From an uncultured Porphyromonas sp. (GTDB lineage Bacteria; Bacteroidota; Bacteroidia; Bacteroidales; Porphyromonadaceae), in contig NZ_UQJH01000003.1 of assembly GCF_900541275.1 (NCBI RefSeq), positions 47,955 through 111,954 on the forward strand: a DNA stretch of 64,000 nt, given 5' to 3'. Each line of letters opens with the position of its first letter. Positions within the stretch are counted from its first letter, which is position 1. Below are positions 31,843-40,136 of the stretch, in pieces. The notes below the pieces were generated by a model, which did no database searches, had not been told where the DNA came from, and saw nothing but the letters and a program-made list of their open reading frames with translations. The position numbers and the translations under genes were made by a program.

Positions 31843-32421
31843 TCAGCGGACACCGAGGAGCTTATGCTGCTGGAGAGAGAGGCACCACTGCGGATGGGCG
31901 AGCACATAGGCAACGGTCTCAGCGATGATCTCACGATTGCGCACCGGGTCGCCCACGTCGCAGGGCTGGAGGAGGTAGTGGTCGGCGTGGATGCCGTAGT
32001 CACTCACCTCATGCGCCCCGTCATAGATCACCTTGAGCTCATCGACTCGCGCGAGGACCACACGACCCTTTGTCCCCACGTAGGCGAGCTTAGGCGAGCA
32101 GGTGATCCAGTCCACCCCAGTGGGGAGCAGATGGGTGCCATTGGTCTCCACGGCGACACGCTTGCCGAGCGCCCGGAGTCCCTCTACAAGGGACTCCGTC
32201 AGCTGGAGAGATGGCTCTCCACCGGTGACGACAACGAGCGGGGCGGGGTATGAGCCTACCTCCGTGAGGATCTCAGCCTCAGTCATCTCGGTGCCGTGCC
32301 GGAAGTCTGTATCACAGAAGTCACAGGCTAAGTTGCAGCCCGAGAAGCGGAGGAAGACCGCCGGAGTACCGGCCTGCACGCCCTCTCCCTGCAGGGAGTA
32401 AAAGATCTCGCAGACCCTCAT
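31843..32421 (-). CDS. queE: 7-carboxy-7-deazaguanine synthase QueE
   Basis: Radical-SAM CNLACDFCDT motif within MRVCEIFYSLQGEG. Confidence 0.85.
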   Translation of the reverse strand: MRVCEIFYSLQGEGVQAGTPAVFLRFSGCNLACDFCDTDFRHGTEMTEAEILTEVGSYPAPLVVVTGGEPSLQLTESLVEGLRALGKRVAVETNGTHLLPTGVDWITCSPKLAYVGTKGRVVLARVDELKVIYDGAHEVSDYGIHADHYLLQPCDVGDPVRNREIIAETVAYVLAHPQWCLSLQQHKLLGVR

Positions 32422-32768
32422 AGGCCGGCGTCATGCTCATCGATGGTATAGAGTGCGGTATTATTCTCCGACTCACACACCTTAGCCTTGTAGCAATTGG
32501 GGATCTGCTCCACACACCAGCGGGCAATATTCTCCGCCGTGGGGTTGAAGGGCAGGAGCTCATTGAAGTCCCCATGGTCGAGATAGGCGTGGATCCGTTC
32601 CTTGATGACATTGAAGTCCACCACCATACCCTCAGCATTGAGCTCCTCAGAGCGGCAATAGATCGTGATGATCCAGTTGTGCCCATGCACTCGGCTGCAC
32701 TTGCTGGGATAGGGAAGCTCCAGATGGTGGCATCCGGCGACCTCAAGTCTCTTAGCGATATAGTACAT
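32418..32768 (-). CDS. queD: 6-carboxy-5,6,7,8-tetrahydropterin synthase QueD
   Basis: MYYIAKRLEV...CSRVHGHNW...DFNVIKE motifs. The start is set at MYYIAK; the track's longer ORF (to 32891) adds a non-conserved N-terminus. Confidence 0.8.
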   Translation of the reverse strand: MYYIAKRLEVAGCHHLELPYPSKCSRVHGHNWIITIYCRSEELNAEGMVVDFNVIKERIHAYLDHGDFNELLPFNPTAENIARWCVEQIPNCYKAKVCESENNTALYTIDEHDAGL

Positions 32769-32968
32769 AATATTGTATAGTGCCTTCTTATAAAAAGGGA
32801 TTGAGTGGACCTGTGCTGATTGCCCCGATGACAAGGACCGATCAATGGGCGGTCGGGACGGGGAATACATATCGGGAGAGCGAACTCTCATACCTATCCG
32901 TGGTGGAGTCTCGATAAGCCCCCGACACAGTAGGGCGCAAAGATCCGTATCTTTCTTATTTCCTTATG

Positions 32969-32976
32969 CAAAGATA
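32969..32976 (-). promoter_or_regulatory. Candidate -7 box (TATCTTTG on minus strand) for queDE
   Basis: The reverse complement of CAAAGATA matches TAnnTTTG. It implies a ~190-nt leader if queD starts at 32768. Confidence 0.3.
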
Positions 32977-33148
32977 CTGATTTTACACGCCCCCCCTCGC
33001 TTCGCCCCACCCTCCGAGCAGTGGTGACGCATATAAGGACCACCAAATAGCGACACTACTATGCCCGAGCGTGCACACGATTCCCCTGTCCCTTGTGGGA
33101 TATCAGGTGGATTACACCGGGCTAGCAGCCTCGGCATCAGGCTCCATT

Positions 33149-33230
33149 CTTTTACCGATATTAGAGACGACTAATATCGGTATTAGTATTTTCTTTTACC
33201 GGTATTAGTGATCTCTAATACCGATATTAG
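33149..33230. repeat. Phased palindrome array C: four units (CTTTTACCGATATTAG, CTAATATCGGTATTAG, CTTTTACCGGTATTAG, CTAATACCGATATTAG), centres exactly 22 bp apart
   Basis: Read directly from the sequence. Unit centres fall at 33156.5, 33178.5, 33200.5 and 33222.5. Confidence 0.85.
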
Positions 33231-33309
33231 ATCAAGGGCCCGGGATTATGTGCTGCTCTGCTTGGCGATTCGTCATCACAGGGGCAGTGGCAATGTATCG
33301 GGAAAAGTG

Positions 33310-33317
33310 TATATTTG
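33310..33317 (+). promoter_or_regulatory. Candidate -7 box (TATATTTG) for rubredoxin gene
   Basis: Matches TAnnTTTG and lies 55 bp upstream of the ATG at 33373. Confidence 0.35.
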
Positions 33318-33372
33318 TCTTGGTCTAGTAGGACTACAACTAAACTTTAACGACAAATAGAAACAATTTATC

Positions 33373-33537
33373 ATGAAGAAGTACGAGTGCACAGTCTGTG
33401 GCTGGGTCTATGATCCCGAGGTAGGTGATCCTGACGGTGGTATCGAGCCGGGAACAGCCTTTGAGGATATCCCGGAGGATTGGGTATGCCCCCTCTGCGG
33501 AGCCACTAAGGATGACTTTGAGCTGGTCGAGGAGTAA
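33373..33537 (+). CDS. Rubredoxin (54 aa)
   Basis: Translates to [54 protein letters not shown] with two CxxCG motifs. It is absent from the supplied ORF track, presumably because it is under 60 aa. Confidence 0.9.
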   Translation: MKKYECTVCGWVYDPEVGDPDGGIEPGTAFEDIPEDWVCPLCGATKDDFELVEE

Positions 33538-33622
33538 TCTCCACTCCCTAAGACCTTTGCGATAGACCAAAGCTAAGAGATATAGCTATCAGGACCTCTC
33601 CCGAGGTCTCCATAAACGAACT

Positions 33623-33660
33623 AAGGGACCGATGCGGTGTGTGATCCGCATCGGTCCCTT
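33623..33660. terminator. Bidirectional hairpin terminator between rubredoxin(+) and holB(-)
   Basis: A 15-bp perfect stem (AAGGGACCGATGCGG / CCGCATCGGTCCCTT) with an 8-nt loop. Confidence 0.7.
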
Positions 33661-33682
33661 AGCTTGGATTTTACCCCACCCC

Positions 33683-34819
33683 TTACCTCTTCGGGATCAG
33701 CATCGCCATCGCCACGAGTAGGTCAAAAAAGACGATCTTGATGGATGCATTTTGCATCAGCTCCCTCCGTGCTGCCGAGAGATCCTCCATCAGCGGGGGG
33801 TAGGAGCTCAGGGGGACGGCAGTGGCAACGCTCCGGATCCTGTCGCGAATGGCAAGCCTGGTGTAGACGATCTCCTCCGTCCCGTAGCTCAGTGCCAGCA
33901 TCTCCCTGAGGATCCGGTCCGTCGCATCGATTAGCGAGATCACCTCAGGACGACTCAGGGTGGCTGCCTGGTCGGCAAACTCTCGGTAGGCCCTTGGGGT
34001 CCGCTTCATCGCTGTCTCCATAAGCCCAAGTGCTAGGTCGATCGCCCTATCCTGCGCCTTGCCCTCAAGAAGTCGCATGGCACGCAGGAGGTTGCCCCGT
34101 GCGAGGTGACCTGCCTCATACGCCTGCTCGGGAGAGGCACCACACTCGCTGACGAGATAGTCCACGAGACAGGTCTCCTCGATCGGTGGGACATCGATCC
34201 GCTGGAAGCGACTCAGGATCGTCTCGAGTAGCCTCGAGGGATCGTGAGAGACGGCGAGGAAGATGACCCCCACCGGGGGCTCCTCGAGGAGCTTGAGCAA
34301 CTTATTGGCCGTGTCCTCCCGCATCGTCTCCGGCTGCCATATGAGGACCACCTGATGGGTGCTCTTGAAGGAGCGAAGTGACGTGATGTGGATCAGGTGA
34401 TCAGCCTCTGAGACAAAGATATGTGGCTGCTTATTCCCTCCCCTGAGGAGAGTCCTCCAGTCCTCCGGACCAAACCGCCGCTGCTCCCTGAGGAGCGTGG
34501 CAAAGTCCTCCCGGAGATCCTCCGAGGTGACCTCGCGGAAGTCTCCCTTGATCACCGGATAGCAGAGGTAGAGGTCGGGGTGCTCCCAGAGATCCATCTG
34601 CCGGCAGGACTCGCAGTGCCCACAAGCATCCGCCCCGGTCTGCTCACACAGTATGTGACGAGCAAAGGCTATCGCTAGGGGGAGTGCCTCACCACCCTCA
34701 TCTCCGCAGAAGAGGAGGGCGTGCGGTATCGCATCTCTCAGCCGGATCGAGGAGAGCTGATCTATCAGCGAGGGGTCGGCAAGAGTAGCCGCATAGTCCG
34801 GGAGGAGATGGTCGGCCAT
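33683..34819 (-). CDS. holB: DNA polymerase III delta' subunit HolB
   Basis: AAA+ clamp-loader signature (HALLFCGDEGGEALPLAIAFARHILCE, CGHCESC zinc module). Confidence 0.8.
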   Translation of the reverse strand: MADHLLPDYAATLADPSLIDQLSSIRLRDAIPHALLFCGDEGGEALPLAIAFARHILCEQTGADACGHCESCRQMDLWEHPDLYLCYPVIKGDFREVTSEDLREDFATLLREQRRFGPEDWRTLLRGGNKQPHIFVSEADHLIHITSLRSFKSTHQVVLIWQPETMREDTANKLLKLLEEPPVGVIFLAVSHDPSRLLETILSRFQRIDVPPIEETCLVDYLVSECGASPEQAYEAGHLARGNLLRAMRLLEGKAQDRAIDLALGLMETAMKRTPRAYREFADQAATLSRPEVISLIDATDRILREMLALSYGTEEIVYTRLAIRDRIRSVATAVPLSSYPPLMEDLSAARRELMQNASIKIVFFDLLVAMAMLIPKR

Positions 34820-34826
34820 ATCGGGA

Positions 34827-35861
34827 TCAGCCTCTCGGACGCTCTACTGCCCCACTGAAGGTATTGGTGGGATGAGCAGACTCGGGAGAGTCGAAGTACT
34901 TCATAAACTGAGAGCGTGCGAGGAAATTGGCCTTATCTACCTGCTTGGCAGCCAGGCGACCGGTCATCTCAGTGATGCTCTCATACTTATGCTCCTCCAT
35001 CCAGCTCTTCACCTCGTCAAGAGACTCGGTGATGGCCTGCTCCTTTTTCCCATAGAGGATGGATGCCATCTGGATGGCGTTGGCACCGGCAAGGACTCCC
35101 TTGACGACGTCTTTGCCATTTCGCGCTCCGGAGGAGATAGAGATGGAGAGACCGGGAACGGCTCCCTGGACCAGTGCCGTGAAGCGAAGACCGTCGTAGA
35201 AGTCACTCGGGCTGCTGAAGACCGGTCCGGCAGAGAGACACTCAGCCGTCAGGTCCACATCGGGCATGTAAGACCTATTGAAGAGGACCACACCATCGGC
35301 CCCGACCATATGGAGGTCAGCGCAGAGGCGGATGAGGTTGCTGTAGTACTTGGAGATCTTGACGACCAAGGGCTTCTTGTACCCCGACTCCCGCAGCGTG
35401 GTGACCACCCTGAGGATGGCGCGCTCCGGCTCACCATAGTCCTGCGTCCGGTCTGTCTCTATGCGCATAACGTTGAGCTCAAGGCCATCGGCACCGGCAT
35501 CAGAGAGACTCTTGGCATAGTCCACCCATCCCTCAGAGCTGGAGCAATTGACGCTGGCAAATACGGGGATGTCGACCGCTCTCTTGACGTCGCGCACCAG
35601 CTGCTCATGCTGGCGCATAGAGTGCTCCTCGGAGTACTCCCTGATGTAATTGTACGCCTCGGGGAAGTCATGAGACTGGGTATAGGTGTCGTCTGCCTCG
35701 CTCTGGATCTGCTCCTCAAAGATAGACTTGAGGATGACCGCACCGGCGCCTGCGTCGGCAAAGGCCTTGATCTTATCGACAGATGCGGTTAGACTGGAGC
35801 TTGCAGCGATGATGGGACTTTTCAGCTTTAGCCCGGCATAGGTGGTGGTTAGATCAACCAT
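34827..35861 (-). CDS. Dihydroorotate dehydrogenase-like / dihydropyrimidine dehydrogenase PreA-like TIM-barrel flavoprotein
   Basis: LKLKSPIIAASSSLTAS... and a glycine-rich FMN-binding C-terminus typical of the DHOD class 1 family. Confidence 0.6.
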   Translation of the reverse strand: MVDLTTTYAGLKLKSPIIAASSSLTASVDKIKAFADAGAGAVILKSIFEEQIQSEADDTYTQSHDFPEAYNYIREYSEEHSMRQHEQLVRDVKRAVDIPVFASVNCSSSEGWVDYAKSLSDAGADGLELNVMRIETDRTQDYGEPERAILRVVTTLRESGYKKPLVVKISKYYSNLIRLCADLHMVGADGVVLFNRSYMPDVDLTAECLSAGPVFSSPSDFYDGLRFTALVQGAVPGLSISISSGARNGKDVVKGVLAGANAIQMASILYGKKEQAITESLDEVKSWMEEHKYESITEMTGRLAAKQVDKANFLARSQFMKYFDSPESAHPTNTFSGAVERPRG

Positions 35862-35917
35862 GGTATTGCTTGATTATCGTGATGAAATATAGACTGATGA
35901 AAATGCAGATCACCGGA

Positions 35918-36835
35918 TTAGTAGTGGGTGATGATTGGCACATTGCCCTGACCCTTGGACTTCTTATTATTATCGGAGATCTTTTTGGAGGTTGAGGGGG
36001 CGGCAGCGGGGACCACTTTGCCCCCATTGCGCATAAAAGCCTCGACTCTCGGGATCTCCTCACGGATCGCCCGGATGCGGTTTAGGTCATTGGGGTGAGA
36101 GCTGATCACCTCGCTCTGATTGCCCCCTCCGCTGCGGCTGGCCATCTTGACCCAGAGATTGGGCGCATTGTGGTAGTCGTAGCCTGCAAGTGCCATGAGG
36201 TAGAGACCGATCTGGTCAGCCTCGTACTCCTGCTTGCGCGAGTAGGGAAGCTCGAAGATAAGCTTTCCTCCCACATTATATAGGATATTGCCGATCACCT
36301 GGGCGCCCGCCGAGCTGCCGGAGAGGATCTGCCCCAGCGCCTGACCTCCATACTGGCGGAGGATCGCCTGGGAGAGTCGCTCATTGGAGTGCTTGGCGAC
36401 TGCGTGAGCCACCTCGTGAGCGATCACCGTGGCGAGCTCATCGTCAGTCTGTGCGACAGGGAGGATGCCCTCGTAGACGACGATCTTGCCGCCCGGCATA
36501 CAGAAGGCATTGACTTGATTGGAGGCGATGAGATTAAACTCCCACCGGAAGTAGCGGATGTCCTCCGTATGCCCGATAGAGCGGAGGTACCGCTCAGTGG
36601 CTGAGGCGATGCGCTTTCCCATCTCGCGGGTACGCTGTGTCTGAGCCATGTCACGGCTCTTGGGTGCCTGGGAGATGAAGGATCGGTACTGCTGCTCACT
36701 GATGGCGACGACCTGGGCATCGGAGACGAGATTGATCTGACGCCGTCCGGTGAGCGGTACTAGCGAGCAACCGCTCACCAAGAGCGCGGTCATCAGGGTC
36801 GCCAGGAGGAGCCTATGGGGAAGGATTATTTTCAT
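35918..36835 (-). CDS. M48 family zinc metallopeptidase lipoprotein
   Basis: Lipobox (LVSGCS) and the HEVAHAVAKH HExxH motif. Confidence 0.8.
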   Translation of the reverse strand: MKIILPHRLLLATLMTALLVSGCSLVPLTGRRQINLVSDAQVVAISEQQYRSFISQAPKSRDMAQTQRTREMGKRIASATERYLRSIGHTEDIRYFRWEFNLIASNQVNAFCMPGGKIVVYEGILPVAQTDDELATVIAHEVAHAVAKHSNERLSQAILRQYGGQALGQILSGSSAGAQVIGNILYNVGGKLIFELPYSRKQEYEADQIGLYLMALAGYDYHNAPNLWVKMASRSGGGNQSEVISSHPNDLNRIRAIREEIPRVEAFMRNGGKVVPAAAPSTSKKISDNNKKSKGQGNVPIITHY

Positions 36836-36892
36836 TGTATATGGACTTACTGATTTACTCCTTCAAAGATACACAATTATCGCCTTGTGCTG

Positions 36893-37804
36893 TCAGCCCT
36901 TTCGGTCGATCAGCACCGCCTTTGCCCCCACCTGAGGCTGATACATGGCTCGCGGGAGGAGGCTCATACTTCGCTCGATGAGATAGGTGCCGTAGCTCCT
37001 GAGATCGGGTAGCTGCTCCGTCTCCGAGGGGAGGATCGGCTTGCCGATGTAGACATCTATCACTTCGCCCTTCTTATTGAGGATCTCACGCGGGAGCATC
37101 AGGTCGCTGACGACGGGGATGTGGTTTTTCATGTAATAGAAAAGCCCGGAATTGTGCCCATCAAACATAATCGGGAATATCGGTCTCGATGCCCGCCTAA
37201 GGATCCGGAGACTGGAGTTTTTCCACGGACTCTCCACCGGAAGCCCCCGCCTGAGTGAGAAGCGCCCCACCCCGCCGGCGGGGAAGAGGCCAAAGGGGTA
37301 TCCCGCCTGAAACTCGCGGGCAAGCGCCCTAAGGCTCTTGACATTTACACTCGGGTCGTGGACATAGCGAGGATTGCTCTCCCGATTGGGCACCACAGGC
37401 ACCCACATTTGCTCAAGAGAAGAGATGTGTGAGAGGACGGAATTGACCAGCACCTTGTAGTCCGGGCGTATGTGTCCCACGATGTCCACAAGGATCAGCC
37501 CATCGATGCCTCCAAAGGGGTGATTGGAGACAGTGAGGAACTGCCCCTCCCGCATTAGCTCGAGATTCTCCTCGCCGTGCACCCTATACGTGACGTCCAC
37601 CAAGGGGTGTCGTAGCGCTGCACTGGCGTACTCGGGGCCGCTGAGGTGACAGAGGTCGGCATTGAGCCGGTTGATGGAGTTGACGCCAAGGATCCGCATG
37701 AGCCAGCGCCCGACACCACGGCCCACACCGGTCCGGAAAAATGGAACCATCTCCCCCAGATCCTCAATCGAGAGGACGTCGTTGCGCATGTCGTCTCTAC
37801 TCAT
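36893..37804 (-). CDS. Lysophospholipid/glycerol acyltransferase family protein (PlsC-like)
   Basis: Acyltransferase motif-I-like block (TVSNHPFGGIDGLIL) and overall LPLAT-like topology. The physiological substrate is unknown. Confidence 0.5.
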   Translation of the reverse strand: MSRDDMRNDVLSIEDLGEMVPFFRTGVGRGVGRWLMRILGVNSINRLNADLCHLSGPEYASAALRHPLVDVTYRVHGEENLELMREGQFLTVSNHPFGGIDGLILVDIVGHIRPDYKVLVNSVLSHISSLEQMWVPVVPNRESNPRYVHDPSVNVKSLRALAREFQAGYPFGLFPAGGVGRFSLRRGLPVESPWKNSSLRILRRASRPIFPIMFDGHNSGLFYYMKNHIPVVSDLMLPREILNKKGEVIDVYIGKPILPSETEQLPDLRSYGTYLIERSMSLLPRAMYQPQVGAKAVLIDRKG

Positions 37805-37945
37805 TGGTCAGCACATGATAGACATAATTGCACAAACCTAACAGAATATTATCACAACTCGCTAACATGAAAGGGGAAAATGGTCAAACCGCTGTCAAAG
37901 AAACTGAAATAAAGATAATTCCTATCCTGGTATCACTCCTTTGAG

Positions 37946-37953
37946 TAGATTTG
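37946..37953 (+). promoter_or_regulatory. Candidate -7 box (TAGATTTG)
   Basis: Lies 30 bp upstream of the ATG at 37983, which supports the shorter lipoprotein start. Confidence 0.3.
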
Positions 37954-37982
37954 TCTGCAAGCAATCACGAAGAAAACCTCAG

Positions 37983-39056
37983 ATGCGTCACCTTAATATC
38001 CTGCCGCTCCTCATTGCTCTAACGACCTGCCTGAGCCTCACCTCGTGCGCTAGGAAGGCTTACTACGATATCAGCACCGGTGCCGATGTCGCTGATAGTG
38101 GCAACTATGTCGTGCGGTGGCAGGTCCGGCCCGGGATGAGAGGGGAAGTAGCCATCTATGCCTCCGATGATGCCGGCAGCTACCCGGTAGAGCCGACCAA
38201 GGTGGAGCCGATAGGCAAGGAGTGGGCCACATTCGCCACAGATGGGACAGTCTACTCGAGGCACTACTTCCTCCTCGTCTTTGACGACCGAGAGATGAGG
38301 GTCGCCGGTATGAGGGTGATACCGACAGAGGGCTTTGCCAACCTCCGTGACGCTGGTGGATATATGACCGACGAGGGGTACCAGATGCGATGGGGGCGAC
38401 TTTACCGTGGCGGGCGCTACAGAGGGCTTACGCCGAGGGACAGCCTCGTGATCGGGTCCCTGGGGCTGAAGCACAATATCGTCCTCAGCGATGCCTACTC
38501 CTTCGTCTACCTCACCAATGGCATAGGGAATGTCGTCCAAAAGGACTTCGCCGCCAATACCCCGATCGACTACAAGTCCGTCCTGAAGCGGATCGATGAG
38601 GGAGATATGAGTAAGGAGGGGGTGATCCTCTTTATCCACGATACCTTCAATAGCTTAGCGTACGAGAATCCTGAGCAGCTCTCTGCCGCACTCCACTACC
38701 TCCTCGACCCCGATCACTACCCTGTGATGATCAGCGATGAGTGGGGAAAAGATCGAGCCGCCTTCCTGACTATGCTGGTCCAGTATAGCTTAGGTGTCTC
38801 CCGGTCGGACATCCTCTCGGACTACCTCCTGAGCAACGCCCTCCTGTCGGTGGAGAAGCTGGCGCCACAGGGCTTCCACGCCACGCCGGGGCGACAGGAG
38901 GCTCTGAGTGAGTTTTTCCGATGCCGACCAAGCGACCTCCTCTCGATCATAACCGACATCGAGAATAAGTACGGCACCATCGGTAACTACATGGATCAGG
39001 TGCTGGACTTCGATGAGAGCGACCGCATCAGGTTGAGGGAGCTCCTCCTCTACTAA
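37983..39056 (+). CDS. Lipoprotein with Y_phosphatase3-like (protein-tyrosine-phosphatase-like) domain; catalytic Cys replaced by Asp
   Basis: Lipobox (LSLTSC), an NLRDAGGY motif, and a P-loop region (SDEWGKDRAAFLTML...DYLLSN) aligning to HCTAGKDRTG...DYLL of the Y_phosphatase3 family. Confidence 0.55.
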   Translation: MRHLNILPLLIALTTCLSLTSCARKAYYDISTGADVADSGNYVVRWQVRPGMRGEVAIYASDDAGSYPVEPTKVEPIGKEWATFATDGTVYSRHYFLLVFDDREMRVAGMRVIPTEGFANLRDAGGYMTDEGYQMRWGRLYRGGRYRGLTPRDSLVIGSLGLKHNIVLSDAYSFVYLTNGIGNVVQKDFAANTPIDYKSVLKRIDEGDMSKEGVILFIHDTFNSLAYENPEQLSAALHYLLDPDHYPVMISDEWGKDRAAFLTMLVQYSLGVSRSDILSDYLLSNALLSVEKLAPQGFHATPGRQEALSEFFRCRPSDLLSIITDIENKYGTIGNYMDQVLDFDESDRIRLRELLLY

Positions 39057-39075
39057 GGGCAAGGGACAAAACAAG

Positions 39076-39112
39076 AGGGACACCCTATCACGTGCAGCGA
39101 TAGGGTGTCCCT
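39076..39112. terminator. Bidirectional hairpin terminator between convergent genes
   Basis: A 14-bp perfect stem (AGGGACACCCTATC / GATAGGGTGTCCCT) with a 9-nt loop. Confidence 0.7.
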
Positions 39113-39165
39113 TGTGTATGTCTATCCCGACCTCCTTAGGCGCGATGCCGGGGTCGCAGAGGGGA

Positions 39166-39375
39166 TTACTTAAGGCGTACAGTGATCGGTGAGATCTCCT
39201 CAAAGGTGAGCTTATCCTCCCTCGCCAGCCAGCCGAGCGCAATGTGGACATCCCTCAGGGTGCCGATCTTCGTAGCACTCTTGATATCCTTATCGGTCAT
39301 CGCCTTCTTGCTCTTGCGGAGCACCTCCCACACGAGACCGGCATTGGTACCGATCAGCTCTGTCATTTCATCCAT
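39166..39375 (-). CDS. Small winged-helix DNA-binding protein (DUF2582-like)
   Basis: About 69 aa (MDEMTELIGTNAGLVWEVLRKSKKAMTDKDIKSATKIG...), typical of the Bacteroidota wHTH mini-protein family. Confidence 0.55.
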   Translation of the reverse strand: MDEMTELIGTNAGLVWEVLRKSKKAMTDKDIKSATKIGTLRDVHIALGWLAREDKLTFEEISPITVRLK

Positions 39376-39663
39376 AATTCGTCTGTTACACTTTAGTTAC
39401 TAAGTCATTATACATCTTTTGATGCGCTAAAGATACCACAATTTCCAGAGTATGCCACAAGCCACCCGCCCCCTCAAAGGGTGACGCATTGGGGCGTTAC
39501 AGCTAAGAAGCGGCTCCCCCTGCAAGGTGCGATCCCTCTGACCGGTTAGTCTCCTGATGCTCCTACATACCGAGGGGCGGAGCTTCAGAGGGATCATCGC
39601 TCCTTCGCCAGACATCGAGACACGAGGTGGCGAAGACCGCAGGAGACGCAATTTTGGTTTAGA

Positions 39664-39690
39664 GGAGACACGGGGAGACACGGAGAGACT
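39664..39690. repeat. Short tandem repeat GGAGACACG-GGGAGACACG-GAGAGAC inside ORF-free region
   Basis: Read directly from the sequence. Confidence 0.6.
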
Positions 39691-40039
39691 CTGTGAGACA
39701 ACCCCTCCCGGCTGGGGGGCTATATTTGCACCGCTGAAGCCTCTGGACAAGTGAGGTGATCGTCGCTCAGCCGAGGTGCTGGGGGCAGTCTCCGCTTCTC
39801 CTTCTACGTGCATTCTACGTCCTCTATAGGGTATTTCGCGCCGTAGGAAGGGGATCTTAGGAGCGCACTTTGATAGGGCTGATGGTGCTGACCGCAAAGG
39901 TCGATTCGTCTATGCACCCTCTCAATGAGCTGAATGGTTTTCTGTATCACTCAGTACCCCTCCCCCCTCCACTCCCCAATCAGTTCGCCGAAGGGGGGAC
40001 TAAAGCACCGGCAGTACTCTCATATGACGGGGATGGATC

Positions 40040-40086
40040 AAAAAAAAAGCTCAGGCTGAGGGGCAGTGAAGCCGATCAGCCTGAGC
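40040..40086 (-). terminator. Rho-independent terminator of nifJ (minus strand)
   Basis: A GCTCAGGCTGA ... TCAGCCTGAGC stem with an A9 run on the plus strand, which reads as a T-tail on the minus strand. Confidence 0.75.
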
Positions 40087-40136
40087 TAGTCTATTTAGAT
40101 GGAGACGGTGGCTAGACCGTCAGGTGTGCGGGAGGA

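Noticed and set aside
39664-39690. CRISPR array.
   Set aside because: There are only ~2.5 copies of a 9-10-bp unit with no spacers, and no cas genes anywhere in the window.
39420-40020. tmRNA or RNase P RNA in the ORF-free region.
   Set aside because: On either strand I could not find a tag-peptide reading frame (..NYALAA), the GGTTCGANTCC/CCA tRNA-like end of tmRNA, or the GGAAAGTCCGGGCTCC / ACAGAACCCGGCTTA universal RNase P blocks. I kept it only as a generic ncRNA candidate.
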